From positions 27,639 to 91,638 of the forward strand of contig SYIT01000074.1 in assembly GCA_005798685.1 (NCBI GenBank): a stretch of 64,000 nucleotides of DNA, read 5' to 3'. The DNA is from Actinomycetota bacterium. Lineage in GTDB: Bacteria; Actinomycetota; Thermoleophilia; Solirubrobacterales; Solirubrobacteraceae. Below, piece after piece: positions 25,975-35,808 of the stretch; position 1 is the first letter of the stretch; each line of letters opens with the position of its first letter. The notes beneath the pieces were generated by a model, which saw nothing but the letters and a program-made list of their open reading frames with translations, made no database searches and was not told the DNA's origin. The position numbers and the translations under genes are program-made.

Positions 25975-27398
25975 GTCCGAAGAGCCTGACCGGGCGAGTC
26001 ACCCTGGCCGCAGTGGCCGCGGTCGGCGGCGCGCTGCTCGTAGCCGGGCTCGCCGTGATCATCTTCACTGCCCGCTCCGACCAAGCCCAGCTTGACCGCG
26101 ACCTGACGCGCCTCTCGCGCCAAGTTGACCGCCGCGCCGGCCCCGTCTTCTCGCCGCCAGACCAGCGCGGCGGACGGCCAGGCGGGCCGCCCGGCGAGGG
26201 AAGGGGAATGCGGTCGGGGCGTCAGCCGCGCGATAACGGGCCGCTCGAACCGAGCGGCGACCGCTTCACCCGCGTCGTGCTCGCCACTGGCCAGAGCTAC
26301 AGCGGCGGCGCCACCGTGCCGGCGAACTTCCCGCTAACAACTGCTGGCGAGATTGTGACCGTCAGTGCCGGCGGCGAAGACTGGCGCACTCTCGTGACCG
26401 ACTTGCGCGACGGTGACCGCCTGCAGGTAGCGGCGCGGCTGAGCGGGATTCAGGACAGCGCAAAGCGGCTGCGGATCGTCGTGCTGGCCGCGCTGCTCGG
26501 CGCGCTGCTCGCAACGGCGCTGGTCACGCGCTCGCTCGCGCGGCTCGCGCTTGGGCCTCTGCGGCGCCTGGCAACGACCGCCGACCAAGTAGCCGCAACG
26601 GTCGATCTTGCCGTGCGCGTTCCCGTCGGCGAAGGACCGGAAGAGATAGATGAACTTGCCGCCGACATCAACGCGATGCTCAGCCGCCTGCAGCGCAGCG
26701 CCGGAGAGCGCGAAGCGGCGCTGGCGAGCGCGCGCCGCTTCGCCGCCGACGCCGGCCACGAGCTGCGCAATCCGCTCACCAGCCTGCGCGCCAACCTTTC
26801 GCTGATTGAGCGCAGCGGGAACCTTGGCGACGACGACGTGCGCGCCGCCGTTAGTGCCTGCGCCGGTGACACCGCGCGGCTCGTCGCGCTCGTAGATCAG
26901 CTCCAGCAGCTTGCGCGCGGAGAGTCCGGCCCGCCGGCTACCTCAGAGCAGGTTGACCTAAGCGAGCTGGCCGACACCGCCGTCGTTGCGCTCGCAGACC
27001 GCTTCCCTGGCGTGACTGCCCGGCTGCGCGCGCCCGAAAGCGGGCCGCTGGTGAAGGCCGAGGCCGAGAGCCTGCGTATGCTGCTCGATAATCTGCTCGA
27101 CAACGCCGCCCTCCACGGCCGTCCAGACGGCAATATTGAGGTGGCTATCGACTTAACCATAAACGGCGACGCGGTAATTGAAGTCAATGATGACGGGCCG
27201 GGCATCGCCGAGGATCAACGCGCCCGCGTACTCGAGCGCTTCGTCCGTGGAGAAGGGGCGCGCGGGGCAGGAACCGGCCTTGGCCTAGCAATAGCTGCCG
27301 CGCAGGCAGCCCGCTACAGCGGCAGTCTCACTCTTGGCGCGTCACCGCTTGGTGGGCTCCAGGTCCGCGTCGTAATCCCAGTAAGCGCCTCGCAGTAA
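25971..27398 (+). CDS. sensor histidine kinase (TM-loop-TM, HAMP, HisKA, HATPase_c)
   Basis: H-box 'FAADAGHELRNPLTSL', N-box 'LLDNAALHG', 'DDGPGI', 'GTGLGLAI'. ATGA overlap with the response regulator gene. Confidence 0.92.
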   Translation: MSPKSLTGRVTLAAVAAVGGALLVAGLAVIIFTARSDQAQLDRDLTRLSRQVDRRAGPVFSPPDQRGGRPGGPPGEGRGMRSGRQPRDNGPLEPSGDRFTRVVLATGQSYSGGATVPANFPLTTAGEIVTVSAGGEDWRTLVTDLRDGDRLQVAARLSGIQDSAKRLRIVVLAALLGALLATALVTRSLARLALGPLRRLATTADQVAATVDLAVRVPVGEGPEEIDELAADINAMLSRLQRSAGEREAALASARRFAADAGHELRNPLTSLRANLSLIERSGNLGDDDVRAAVSACAGDTARLVALVDQLQQLARGESGPPATSEQVDLSELADTAVVALADRFPGVTARLRAPESGPLVKAEAESLRMLLDNLLDNAALHGRPDGNIEVAIDLTINGDAVIEVNDDGPGIAEDQRARVLERFVRGEGARGAGTGLGLAIAAAQAARYSGSLTLGASPLGGLQVRVVIPVSASQ

Positions 27399-27407
27399 GA
27401 GCAGAAA

Positions 27408-27424
27408 GTGGCGAGCCCCGCCAC
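27408..27424 (+). terminator. weak hairpin 10 nt after the kinase stop
   Basis: gtggcg-agccc-cgccac (6-bp stem). A T-rich stretch 'aaatttgttttgtc' begins about 11 nt downstream. Not a canonical hairpin plus U-tract. Confidence 0.3.
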
Positions 27425-27546
27425 GAATTAAGACAAATTTGTTTTGTCAGAAAACTGCACGGCGCCGCGACTTGGTAGATACTGGAAGTGGCGAAAGCGG
27501 TCGTCGGCGAAAGGGCGGCCGACGCTGCCAAAACAGCCAAAACTCT

Positions 27547-27555
27547 GGGGGGGGG
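27547..27555. repeat. G9 homopolymer directly followed by the AT-rich box TATAAATAAATG
   Basis: ctct-ggggggggg-tataaataaatgaag, read directly. Lies 30 nt upstream of the LuxR-type GTG at 27585. Confidence 0.9.
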
Positions 27556-27584
27556 TATAAATAAATGAAGAACTGGTTGACGTA

Positions 27585-28176
27585 GTGAGCGGAATTGTCT
27601 CCGCTGTCGGTTCGACCGACGCTGTCCACCGCGCCGCGCTAGCCGCCGACAGCGTGATCCCTTGCCTTGCCGTCGTCTACGGCGCTGTTGAGCTGGAGAG
27701 CGGCGCTGTCAACTTCATCTCCAACGCGCCAGATGTAATCTCCGACGAACTCGCGGGCCGCCTTGCCGCGCGCGCCACGGATCACCCACTGATCGAGTAC
27801 TCACTCGCCGGCAACGGCAATTCGGCGGATGTGATTGCGATCTCCGACCTGATGGATCCCGACGACTTTGTCGCCTCCGAGTTCTACGCCGACTGCTACG
27901 ACGGAACCGGCATTCGCGACGAGCTCCGCGTGCCGATCCCGACCCTGGTGGGCATCACGTCTGCGCGAGCGTGGGCTCACGGTGCGCGAGGCTGAGATCT
28001 TCGCGCTGCTCGCCCAAGGGCTGCGCAGCCAGCGCGTCGCCCACCAACTTGGAATAAGCGTGCGCACGGTCGAGAAGCACACCCAGAGTGTCTATCGCCA
28101 GCTCGGCGTCACAAGCCGCGCCGAGGCGGTGGCGCTGCTGATCAACGAATCGGTTGAGCTGCCTTCAACGAGCTAG
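27585..28176 (+). pseudogene. LuxR/GerE-family regulator split by a frameshift (N-terminal sensor-like part 27585..27995; HTH part in +1 frame to 28176)
   Basis: ORF 27585..27995 ends 'LRVPIPTLVGITSARAWAHGARG*'. The +1 frame reads 'LRERGLTVREAEIFALLAQGLRSQRVAHQLGISVRTVEKHTQSVYRQLGV', a GerE HTH. The frame switch is needed near 27955-27965. Confidence 0.6.
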
Positions 28177-28231
28177 GCGGGGCGGGGCTGCCTGCCCGCG
28201 CACCCGACTGCCTCTGGCAGCGGAGTGTCGG

Positions 28232-29248
28232 CTACTGACTGCGAACGAGACGCTGGTGGACAACGCCCCACTCATTGCCACCACGGAAGCCAAACAGCTC
28301 TTCGACGGCAATGAAGAAGAGGCGCCACTCGTGCAGTGCGGCCTCGGCATTCGGGCCGGCCGTCTTTGCGAGGGCTTGGAGTGCGGCGTTGCGATTGGCG
28401 TCAAGCTTTTCGAGCCAGTCGCGTGAAGTTCGCGAGTAGTGAGTCCCGTTGACCCACCACTGCTCGTCGACTCGCAGGTCATCGTCAAGCTGACCCATCA
28501 GCCCTGCCGCTGGCATCGTGCCACCCGTGAAGAAGCGGTTTGCCATCCAGCCGTCCTCATATTCGTATGCATAACGGCGGTGCGCGAAGGTGTGGACAAA
28601 GGCCGAGCCGCCCGGCTCAAGATGTTCGGCAACTAGCGCCAGCAGCGCTTTCCAGTTGCGAGCGTGTTCGAACATCTCAACCGAGATAACGCGATCGAAG
28701 CGCTGCTGCAAACGAAGCTCGTTGACGTCTACCGTGAGAACGTTGATTATGTCGGTGAGGCCGCGCTCGGCCGCGCGACGCTCAATCAGGTCCCGCTGAG
28801 CTGCACTATTGGAGACAGAGGTTATTTCGACGTCTGGGAAGTTCTCAGCGATCCACAATGTGACCGAGCCCCAGCCGCAGCCAAGATCAAGGATCGACAT
28901 TCCGTCTTCGACTGTTGCGCGAGCGATCGTGAGTTCAAGCATCGCCTCCTCGGCCTGTGCCAGCGTCGTTGCCGCTGACTCGTAGAGGCAGCATGAGTAC
29001 TTAAGTCGCGGCCCGAGTACGGTCTCGAAGAACTCCGGTGCGACAGAGTAGTGCTGGTCGTTGGCTTCGTCTGTTGCAAGCGCGATTGGGCCTTCACTGC
29101 GCCGCAAAGCGGCGCTTACAAGTGCGTCGTCTCCGCGGCCGCGAAATCGCTCTGTAAGCAGTCGCTGCGTGATCGCCGCGCGCGTCGCCAGACGTAGCGC
29201 AGGGTCGGGGATTCGCCCGGAGGCGATTAGTCGCTCACTGGTTGTCAT
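28232..29248 (-). CDS. cyclopropane-fatty-acyl-phospholipid-synthase-family SAM methyltransferase
   Basis: 'HYSVAPEFFETVLGPRLKYSCCLY', 'ILDLGCGWGSVTLWIAE', 'VISVEMFEH'. Confidence 0.85.
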   Translation of the reverse strand: MTTSERLIASGRIPDPALRLATRAAITQRLLTERFRGRGDDALVSAALRRSEGPIALATDEANDQHYSVAPEFFETVLGPRLKYSCCLYESAATTLAQAEEAMLELTIARATVEDGMSILDLGCGWGSVTLWIAENFPDVEITSVSNSAAQRDLIERRAAERGLTDIINVLTVDVNELRLQQRFDRVISVEMFEHARNWKALLALVAEHLEPGGSAFVHTFAHRRYAYEYEDGWMANRFFTGGTMPAAGLMGQLDDDLRVDEQWWVNGTHYSRTSRDWLEKLDANRNAALQALAKTAGPNAEAALHEWRLFFIAVEELFGFRGGNEWGVVHQRLVRSQ

Positions 29249-30159
29249 TGCGTCGGCGTAGCTTCGATCTTGTCGAGAAAATCAAGCAGCGCCTCGTTTA
29301 CCTCGTCTGGTCGTTCTTGCTGAACCCAGTGGCCTGCTCCGTCAATCACGATCACGTCGCGCAGGTCGGTGACCGAGCCGATCATCGCCTCGTGCGGCAT
29401 GAAAGCGCGAACGGGGTCGCGGCTACCGGTTATGAAGAGCGCCGGCTGATCGATCGTGCGGCCCTCAAACTGTTCGAGATAGGCCCAGCTGCGGTCCAAG
29501 TTGCGGTACCAGTTAAGGCCGCCGGTGAAGCCGGTGCGCGTGAACTCGTCACCGTAGAGCTGTAGATCCTCCTCGCTCATCCACGGCGGCGTTGGCGGCT
29601 CGTCATGGCGTGCCGCCCAGTCGGCGTTCCAGACCTCACGCGTTGCGAGCGTGCGGCGCACGTCGGCGCTTAGCGCCGCGTCAGCCACGCCGGGCTCTTG
29701 AATCCAGACGATGTAGAAGTCCTCGCCGATGTACTCCTCCATCAGCGAGGTCGGTTCGGCGGGCGCGCGCGGCACGTAAGGAACGCTGATCCCAACAACG
29801 GCGCTCACGAGCTGCGGTTGAAGAAGCGCGAACTTCCACGCCAAGTCGCTGCCCCAGTCGTGACCGACGACGACGGCCTGCTCAATCTCAAGCGCGCCGA
29901 GCAGCGCCGCCAGGTCGCCGGTTAGCGCTTCGATGTCGTAGGCCTCGACCGCCTCCGGCGCGCTGCTGCCACCGAAGCCGCGCAGGTCGGGGGCAATCGC
30001 GCGCCGCCCCGAATCGGCGATCGCTTGCATCTGATGGCGCCACGAATACCAAAGCTCAGGGAAGCCGTGGAGCAGCAGCACCGGCTCGCCCTCGCCGCAC
30101 CGAGCCACGTGCAGTTCGATCTCGCCAAGCTGAACCTGCTGGTGCGTGATTGCGGCCAC
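29245..30159 (-). CDS. alpha/beta hydrolase, epoxide-hydrolase-like
   Basis: 'LLLHGFPELWYSWRHQ' and nucleophile elbow 'VVGHDWGS'. 4-nt overlap with the downstream gene. Confidence 0.85.
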   Translation of the reverse strand: MAAITHQQVQLGEIELHVARCGEGEPVLLLHGFPELWYSWRHQMQAIADSGRRAIAPDLRGFGGSSAPEAVEAYDIEALTGDLAALLGALEIEQAVVVGHDWGSDLAWKFALLQPQLVSAVVGISVPYVPRAPAEPTSLMEEYIGEDFYIVWIQEPGVADAALSADVRRTLATREVWNADWAARHDEPPTPPWMSEEDLQLYGDEFTRTGFTGGLNWYRNLDRSWAYLEQFEGRTIDQPALFITGSRDPVRAFMPHEAMIGSVTDLRDVIVIDGAGHWVQQERPDEVNEALLDFLDKIEATPTQ

Positions 30160-30192
30160 GCGGTCAGCCTACCCAGCTTCGACTTCGTTGAT

Positions 30193-32544
30193 TCAGCCGA
30201 TACCGTCGGCGGCGCGGATCATTTCCCAGACCACCGGCGGGCTGAAAGGCAAATGGTTCTGCGCTTCAACTGGTCCTAACGCGTTGGCAAGGGCGTTGGC
30301 GATTGCTGGCGCTGGAGCGAGGATGCCCGACTCACCAACGCCCTTAACCCCTCCCGGGATGTGAGGGGCAGGCGTGCAGAGGTGTTCGATTTCTATTCGG
30401 GGAATCTCGCAGGCAGTTGGAAGCAGATAATCCATTAGCGACGCCGTTTGAATCTGACCGTTGGAGTCATAGGCAATCTCCTCCAGTAGAGCACCGCCGA
30501 TCCCTTGAGCGATAGCACCGATCAGCTGACCGTTGACGATTGCCGGGTTCAGAAGTATTCCGCTGTCGTTCACGGCTATATAACGGACGATCTCGATTGC
30601 CCCGCTGCCCGGCTCAATTTCGATCTCGGCCACATGCGTTCCGTAGGGAAATGTGCCGTTCGGAGGGTCGTAAGTGGCGCTCTGCTCAAGCCCGGGTTCG
30701 ACGCCATCCGGTAGTTCAAAGCCGGTCAGCGCGGCCTTTGCAAGCTGGGCGATCGGGACTGATTTTCCACCCGCCACGGCCTGCGAGTCGGCGAGAACGA
30801 CTGCAGTAGGGGCGACGTCCATAAACCCTGCGGCAATAAGCTGCAGCTTCGCGCGCAGCTCCTCCGCAGCAAGGCGGGCGGCGGCACCCGCGATGATCGC
30901 GACTCGGCTGTTGATTGCTCCAGCCGACGAGTAGGGGGTCATCTGGCTGTCGCCGAGGAGAACGCTTATTTCGCGCTCGGGGTCCAGGCCGAGAACGTCG
31001 GCGCATACTTGGGCAAGGATTGTCTCGTGCCCCTGCCCCTGGCTGGATACGCCGCTCAGAACGGTCGCTGCGCCATCGGCAGTCATACGGATCGTGACCG
31101 TTTCAGAGTTCCCGTGGTCGGTTCCTGCGCCGGCCATGATCCGCGAGTTGGTCAGGCCTGAGGGCTTGACGAAACTAGCCATTCCGATTCCCCGCAGCAA
31201 GCCCAATTTTTGCGCCTCTTCGCGCCGCCGCTCGAATCCCGCGAAGTCGCTGCGAGCGAGAGCTAGGTCTAGTGCCTCCTCGTAGTTGCCGCTGTCGTAG
31301 ACCATCCCTGATGCCGAGCTGTAAGGAAACTGATCGGGTTGGACGAAGTTGCGGCGTCGAACCTCGTGTGGGGGAAGATTGAGGCGCAAAGCCAACAGGT
31401 CGATGAGGCGCTCGATTGCGAAGGCCGCCTCCGGGCCGCCATAACCACGGTAGGCGCCAGCCGGGGTCTTGTTTGTCACTACGCCGCGGGCCTTGACCTC
31501 AACCGATTCAATCCGGTACGGGCCTCCGAGCATCTCGGCCGCGACACGAGCGAAACCAATTCCCACTCCGGTCGGCTCGCCGCCCATGTCGTAGAGGAGG
31601 TCGCCGCGGAGCGCCAGAATACGACCGTCTTGGTCCGCTGCCAGCTCAATGTCCCACTCGCACTGGCGGCAGTGGGCCGAGCCGATCAGGTTCTCCCGGC
31701 GATCCTCGATCCACTTCACCGGGCGACCGAAATGGCCGGCCAGTAGGCAGGTGATTACGTCCTCAGCGAAGACCGCTTCCTTTAAGCCAAAGCCTCCGCC
31801 GACGTCGGGCGTTATAACGCGCAGACGGCTAGTCGGCCAGCCACAAGCTTCAGCGATCACCTCGCTCGCGTGGTGTGCCGCTTGGGTGGAGATCCAGGCT
31901 GTGACACGGTCGCTGCCCGGTTGGGCGACCGCTAGGGCTGCGCGTCCTTCTAGCGGGCTCGCTGCGAGCCGCTGAATGCTGAACTGCTCATGCAGCGTGA
32001 TCGCCGCTTCCGCAAAGAGTCCGGGGTTTGCGACATCCCCTGCGGTGTACTCGGCGAGCACGTTGTCGGGCCAGTCGGGGTAAAGCTTCGTCGCGTCAGG
32101 ATCAATTGCAGCGCTTGCCGATGTGATCGCCGGTAGCGGCTCAAGCTCGAGCTCGACAAGTTCGCCTGCATCCTCAGCGATGTAGAGGCTGTCGGCCAGC
32201 ACGACGGCGATTGCCTGCCCTACCCAGCGGACGCGGTCGCTTGCGAGCAACTCGGTCTCGGTGATCTGCTGGTCAGGGTGGTTCCAGCCGACTTTTAGCG
32301 GGATCGCACCAATCTGAGCGAGGTCGGAGACCGTTAGGACGGCGTGCACGCCGGGGAGGGCGATGGCGCGCTCACAGTTGACGTTGACCAGATTGCCGTG
32401 CGCGATGGGGCCACGGACGAAGTGGGCGTGGAGGGTCCCTGTTGGATTCTGGTCGGCAACGAAGTTGCCCTCGCCGCGCAGTAGGCGCGGGTCCTCGAGG
32501 CGTGCGATTGATCGCCCCACTGCCCGGTCGCGGTGGGCGCTCAT
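30193..32544 (-). CDS. molybdopterin-binding large subunit of a xanthine-dehydrogenase-family hydroxylase (CoxL-like, not true CODH)
   Basis: 783 aa. 'RLEDPRLLRGEGNFVAD' and 'AGAYRGYGGPEAAFAIERL'. No 'VAYRCSFR' CODH active-site loop. Confidence 0.9.
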   Translation of the reverse strand: MSAHRDRAVGRSIARLEDPRLLRGEGNFVADQNPTGTLHAHFVRGPIAHGNLVNVNCERAIALPGVHAVLTVSDLAQIGAIPLKVGWNHPDQQITETELLASDRVRWVGQAIAVVLADSLYIAEDAGELVELELEPLPAITSASAAIDPDATKLYPDWPDNVLAEYTAGDVANPGLFAEAAITLHEQFSIQRLAASPLEGRAALAVAQPGSDRVTAWISTQAAHHASEVIAEACGWPTSRLRVITPDVGGGFGLKEAVFAEDVITCLLAGHFGRPVKWIEDRRENLIGSAHCRQCEWDIELAADQDGRILALRGDLLYDMGGEPTGVGIGFARVAAEMLGGPYRIESVEVKARGVVTNKTPAGAYRGYGGPEAAFAIERLIDLLALRLNLPPHEVRRRNFVQPDQFPYSSASGMVYDSGNYEEALDLALARSDFAGFERRREEAQKLGLLRGIGMASFVKPSGLTNSRIMAGAGTDHGNSETVTIRMTADGAATVLSGVSSQGQGHETILAQVCADVLGLDPEREISVLLGDSQMTPYSSAGAINSRVAIIAGAAARLAAEELRAKLQLIAAGFMDVAPTAVVLADSQAVAGGKSVPIAQLAKAALTGFELPDGVEPGLEQSATYDPPNGTFPYGTHVAEIEIEPGSGAIEIVRYIAVNDSGILLNPAIVNGQLIGAIAQGIGGALLEEIAYDSNGQIQTASLMDYLLPTACEIPRIEIEHLCTPAPHIPGGVKGVGESGILAPAPAIANALANALGPVEAQNHLPFSPPVVWEMIRAADGIG

Positions 32545-33434
32545 TTGCCGACCCTCGTCACGTCTGGAGGCGTCGCCATGGCGGCGGCCTCGGTCAACGC
32601 TTGAAAGCAGAGAGTCTGGGCCAGGGCTTTCCGGTATGAACTGCCACCGTGTATGTCGCTGGTCGGGCTGATCTCCGAGGCCGCCGCTTTTGCCGCCGCT
32701 GCGAGCTGCTGAGCACCTGGCAACTCACCCTCAAGCAGTTTCTCCGCAGTCCGGGCTCGCCATGGCACGGGGGCAGCAGTCATCAGCGTGATTCGAACGC
32801 CAGCGCAGCGACCTTGGGCGTCGAGCGGAATCACGACTGCTGCTCCACCCAAGGCAAAGTCGCCATGGCGGCGCGAGTACTCAACGAACGATTGACCGGC
32901 TCCATCGGGCGCTGCGGGGATCGCAATCTCAAGCAGCATTTCGTCCGCTTCAATCGCGCTCGTAAGGTGAGTGACGAAGAAATCGTCGGCACTTATTTCG
33001 CGCTTTCCGGATCGGCTGGCGACCGTCATCCGCGCTTCTAGTACGGAACAGGCGACCGGAAGTTCAGCGGCCGGGTCGGCGTGGGCGACAGAGCCACCGA
33101 CCGTCCCGACGCTGCGAATTTGTGGATGAGCAAGCCAGCCGATCGCCCGCGCCAGCAGCGGCCATCCGGCGCTGGCGAGCTTGGAACGCTCCAGCTGTGC
33201 CTGGCGAGTGGTGGCGCCGATTCGCAGCGTTCCGTCTTGACGGTTGATGTATGAGAGCTCACCGAGTCGCCCGATGTCAATCAGCACCGCCGGGCGCGCA
33301 AGACGGAAGTTGAGCATCGGAATCAGGCTCTGCCCGCCGGCCAATAACTTTGATTCGTCACCGGCTGTCGCCAGTAGCTCAAGCGCTTGATCCGGGTGGG
33401 TTGCCCTGACGTAATCAAACGGCGCCGGTTTCAT
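32541..33434 (-). CDS. FAD-binding medium subunit (CoxM-like)
   Basis: 'MKPAPFDYVRATHPDQALELL', 'LLAGGQSLIPMLNFRLA'. The ATG at 33434 was chosen; the track start at 33563 overlaps the CoxG-like gene. Confidence 0.88.
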   Translation of the reverse strand: MKPAPFDYVRATHPDQALELLATAGDESKLLAGGQSLIPMLNFRLARPAVLIDIGRLGELSYINRQDGTLRIGATTRQAQLERSKLASAGWPLLARAIGWLAHPQIRSVGTVGGSVAHADPAAELPVACSVLEARMTVASRSGKREISADDFFVTHLTSAIEADEMLLEIAIPAAPDGAGQSFVEYSRRHGDFALGGAAVVIPLDAQGRCAGVRITLMTAAPVPWRARTAEKLLEGELPGAQQLAAAAKAAASEISPTSDIHGGSSYRKALAQTLCFQALTEAAAMATPPDVTRVGK

Positions 33435-33439
33435 CAGCG

Positions 33440-34129
33440 TTAGAGATTGAAGTGGATCGTGACTCCGCGCTTGCTCCGGCCACGCACAACCAGCCCGATC
33501 AGCAAACCAACCACTGCCAAGGCGGCAATCCCTGGCGCAACTCGGCGCGCAATTGCCGGCCATGCTGCCGCGCCGATGTCAAGAAGGTCATCTTCCTCGT
33601 CGACCGATCGACGGCTTTCACTTAACCCTGACGCCGACAGATCGCCGCTCTTACGGCCGTGAGCGGTGTCACCGGCAACGGGTTCGCTGACGATCTCCTG
33701 CTCAAGGCGAAGAGCGAATTTATCGAGCATCGCACCTGCCACGTCGGCCATCAAACCTCGTCCAAACTGCGCCTGGGCACCACTCACATTGAGGTCGGTT
33801 TCGACTGTTACGCAGGTTCCCTGCCCGTCTTCGGTCAGCTGGTTGGTGATCGTCGCTGCCGCCGTGCCATGGCCGCGTAGCTCGCGGCCCTCGACGTCAA
33901 AGGAGATCGTTCGCGAGTCCTCGTCGATTTCAAGGACGCGCGCGATCCCGCTGTATTCGGTGACTACGGCGCCGAGCTTGACGCGCATCCGGCCGGCGAA
34001 GACGCCGGCTTCGTCGGTCGCCTCGACGCTGGCGCCAGGCAGGCAGTTCGCTGTTCGCTGAACATCAGCTATGGCTTCCCACGTCTCCTGCAGCGGCGTC
34101 GCGACGGTAAAGCTGTTCGTGATCTTCAT
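33440..34129 (-). CDS. CoxG-like SRPBCC protein with acidic linker and C-terminal transmembrane anchor
   Basis: 'MKITNSFTVATPLQETWEAIADVQRTANCLPG...GRMRVKLG'. C-terminus 'VAPGIAALAVVGLLIGLVVRGRSKR'. ATGA overlap with the CoxS-like gene. Confidence 0.8.
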   Translation of the reverse strand: MKITNSFTVATPLQETWEAIADVQRTANCLPGASVEATDEAGVFAGRMRVKLGAVVTEYSGIARVLEIDEDSRTISFDVEGRELRGHGTAAATITNQLTEDGQGTCVTVETDLNVSGAQAQFGRGLMADVAGAMLDKFALRLEQEIVSEPVAGDTAHGRKSGDLSASGLSESRRSVDEEDDLLDIGAAAWPAIARRVAPGIAALAVVGLLIGLVVRGRSKRGVTIHFNL

Positions 34130-34617
34130 CGTTCCGCGTCTTCCTGAGGCCGCATCTCGTTGGCCGCTATCTGGACCGCATCGACAATCGACTGGTAGCC
34201 CGTGCAACGGCAGATATTCCCCGCGATCGCTTCGCGAATACCCTGCTCGGAAATCTCATCGGCGTCGCGCATGTATGGCTCAAGCGACATCAGAAATCCC
34301 GGTGTGCAGTACCCGCACTGCAGTCCGTGGGCATCGAGAAAAGCCTTCTGAAGCGGGTGAAACTCGGGTGAGTCAGAGAGGCCTTCGACGGTGCGAACGC
34401 TTCGGCCCTCAGCCTGAATGGCGAGCATCAAGCAAGATCGGACTGGGGCTCCGTCGAGCTGAACAGTGCAGGCTCCGCAGACACCGTGCTCGCAGCCAAC
34501 GTGGGTCCCGGTAAGCCCCGCATCCTCACGGATGAAGTCGCTCAGCAAACGGCGCGGCTCGACCTCGGCGCGATAGGCCTGATCATTAATGTCGATTGTG
34601 ATCGTGGACAGGGTCAT
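34126..34617 (-). CDS. [2Fe-2S]-binding small subunit (CoxS-like)
   Basis: 'GCEHGVCGACTV' and 'GNICRCTGY'. 163 aa. Confidence 0.92.
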   Translation of the reverse strand: MTLSTITIDINDQAYRAEVEPRRLLSDFIREDAGLTGTHVGCEHGVCGACTVQLDGAPVRSCLMLAIQAEGRSVRTVEGLSDSPEFHPLQKAFLDAHGLQCGYCTPGFLMSLEPYMRDADEISEQGIREAIAGNICRCTGYQSIVDAVQIAANEMRPQEDAER

Positions 34618-34636
34618 CGCTCGTCGGCGGGGCAGA

Positions 34637-35722
34637 CTAGCCGCTTGTAGTCGTGTTGGAGTGGATCTGGCCTACGCCTTCGGTCAAACGCCCACCGCCG
34701 CGCCGGTTGAGAACGGCAACGATCTCGGCGGCAATTGAGAGGGCCGTCTCCTCAGCAGACGTGGCACCAATGTCGAGCCCGATCGGCGCTGAAAGTCGCT
34801 GCAGCTGTTGGTCGCTTACGCCGCGCTCAGCTAGCCGAAGCCCTCTCTCGTGTTGAGTGCGGCGGCTCCCCATGGCTCCCACATAGGCGGCGTCCGAACT
34901 GAGCGCCAACTCCAGCGCAAGGTCGTCGATCTTCGCATCATGGGTAAGCACCGCTACAGCGGTCGAAGCGCCAATCGCTCCCGACGAGAAGACCGCTGCC
35001 CTCGGCCAGGCGACGATTACCTCTGCCCCCGGGAATCGTTCACTGGTGGCAAAGCGGGCCCGTGGATCACAGACGCTCACTTGCCAGCCAAGTCCGAGCG
35101 CGGTAGCACAGAGGGCTCGAGCGAGGTCGGTGGCGCCGAAGATCAGCAGCCTCGTTGACGGCATGCTCAGGTCAACAAAGAGTCTGTCCGATTCTGTCTC
35201 GATAAGAACGCTCCGATCACTCCAGAGGTGCTGCTCGCCGGCGGCGATAGCGCGTTCGCGTGCACTCGGGCTCATTCCGTCGTTGGCGCATGGCTCGCGA
35301 TCGGGTGAAACCAGAACCCTTCCCGAGACGCTGCCAAGCTCGTCGAGCACACTGACCAGAGCAGCGCGTTCGCCGCGCCCTGCGAGAGTGGCGAATTGAA
35401 GTTGCAACTGGTCGCAGAAGCGTTCCACTTGGACTTCCAACTCGCCGCCGCAGGGGAGCTCAGACTCAATCGGATCGGCGTCGCGAGAATCGAAGGTCAG
35501 CAGCTGTGCGGGCGCTCCACCGATCACGCGCTCGGCTGCGCTGATGACCTCCGCCTCAACGCATCCGCCTGAAACGGCACCGACGGTTGCTCCATCAGCT
35601 GCGACTGTGAGCTTTGTGCCAGGAGGGTGCGGCGCAGATCCCCTGACGGCGACCACCGTGGCGATCGCCAAGTCGATCGATAATTCGCGGCAACGCTCTA
35701 TCTCTTTTAGGATCTCTTTCAA
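34637..35722 (-). CDS. XdhC/CoxI-family molybdenum-cofactor insertion chaperone
   Basis: 'AIATVVAVRGSAPHPPGTKL', 'AVSGGCVEAEV', 'RLLIFGATDLARAL'. Start uncertain: TTG at 35722 is proposed, because the track start at 35950 would overlap the divergent mocA-like gene. Confidence 0.8.
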   Translation of the reverse strand: MKEILKEIERCRELSIDLAIATVVAVRGSAPHPPGTKLTVAADGATVGAVSGGCVEAEVISAAERVIGGAPAQLLTFDSRDADPIESELPCGGELEVQVERFCDQLQLQFATLAGRGERAALVSVLDELGSVSGRVLVSPDREPCANDGMSPSARERAIAAGEQHLWSDRSVLIETESDRLFVDLSMPSTRLLIFGATDLARALCATALGLGWQVSVCDPRARFATSERFPGAEVIVAWPRAAVFSSGAIGASTAVAVLTHDAKIDDLALELALSSDAAYVGAMGSRRTQHERGLRLAERGVSDQQLQRLSAPIGLDIGATSAEETALSIAAEIVAVLNRRGGGRLTEGVGQIHSNTTTSG

Positions 35723-35808
35723 GTGAACGCTCTCAAACAGTTGTGCGGGGATGCGGCCGGCTGTCACTGCGGGGCGATCGTAACGCACGATGCAAGGCCC
35801 GGTCCCAG

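Noticed and set aside
30193-34617. Aerobic carbon monoxide dehydrogenase (coxSML)
   Set aside because: The gene set resembles cox genes, but the large subunit lacks the CODH active-site loop (VAYRCSFR type) and shows a generic AYRGYGG-type motif. It was called a molybdenum hydroxylase of unknown substrate instead.
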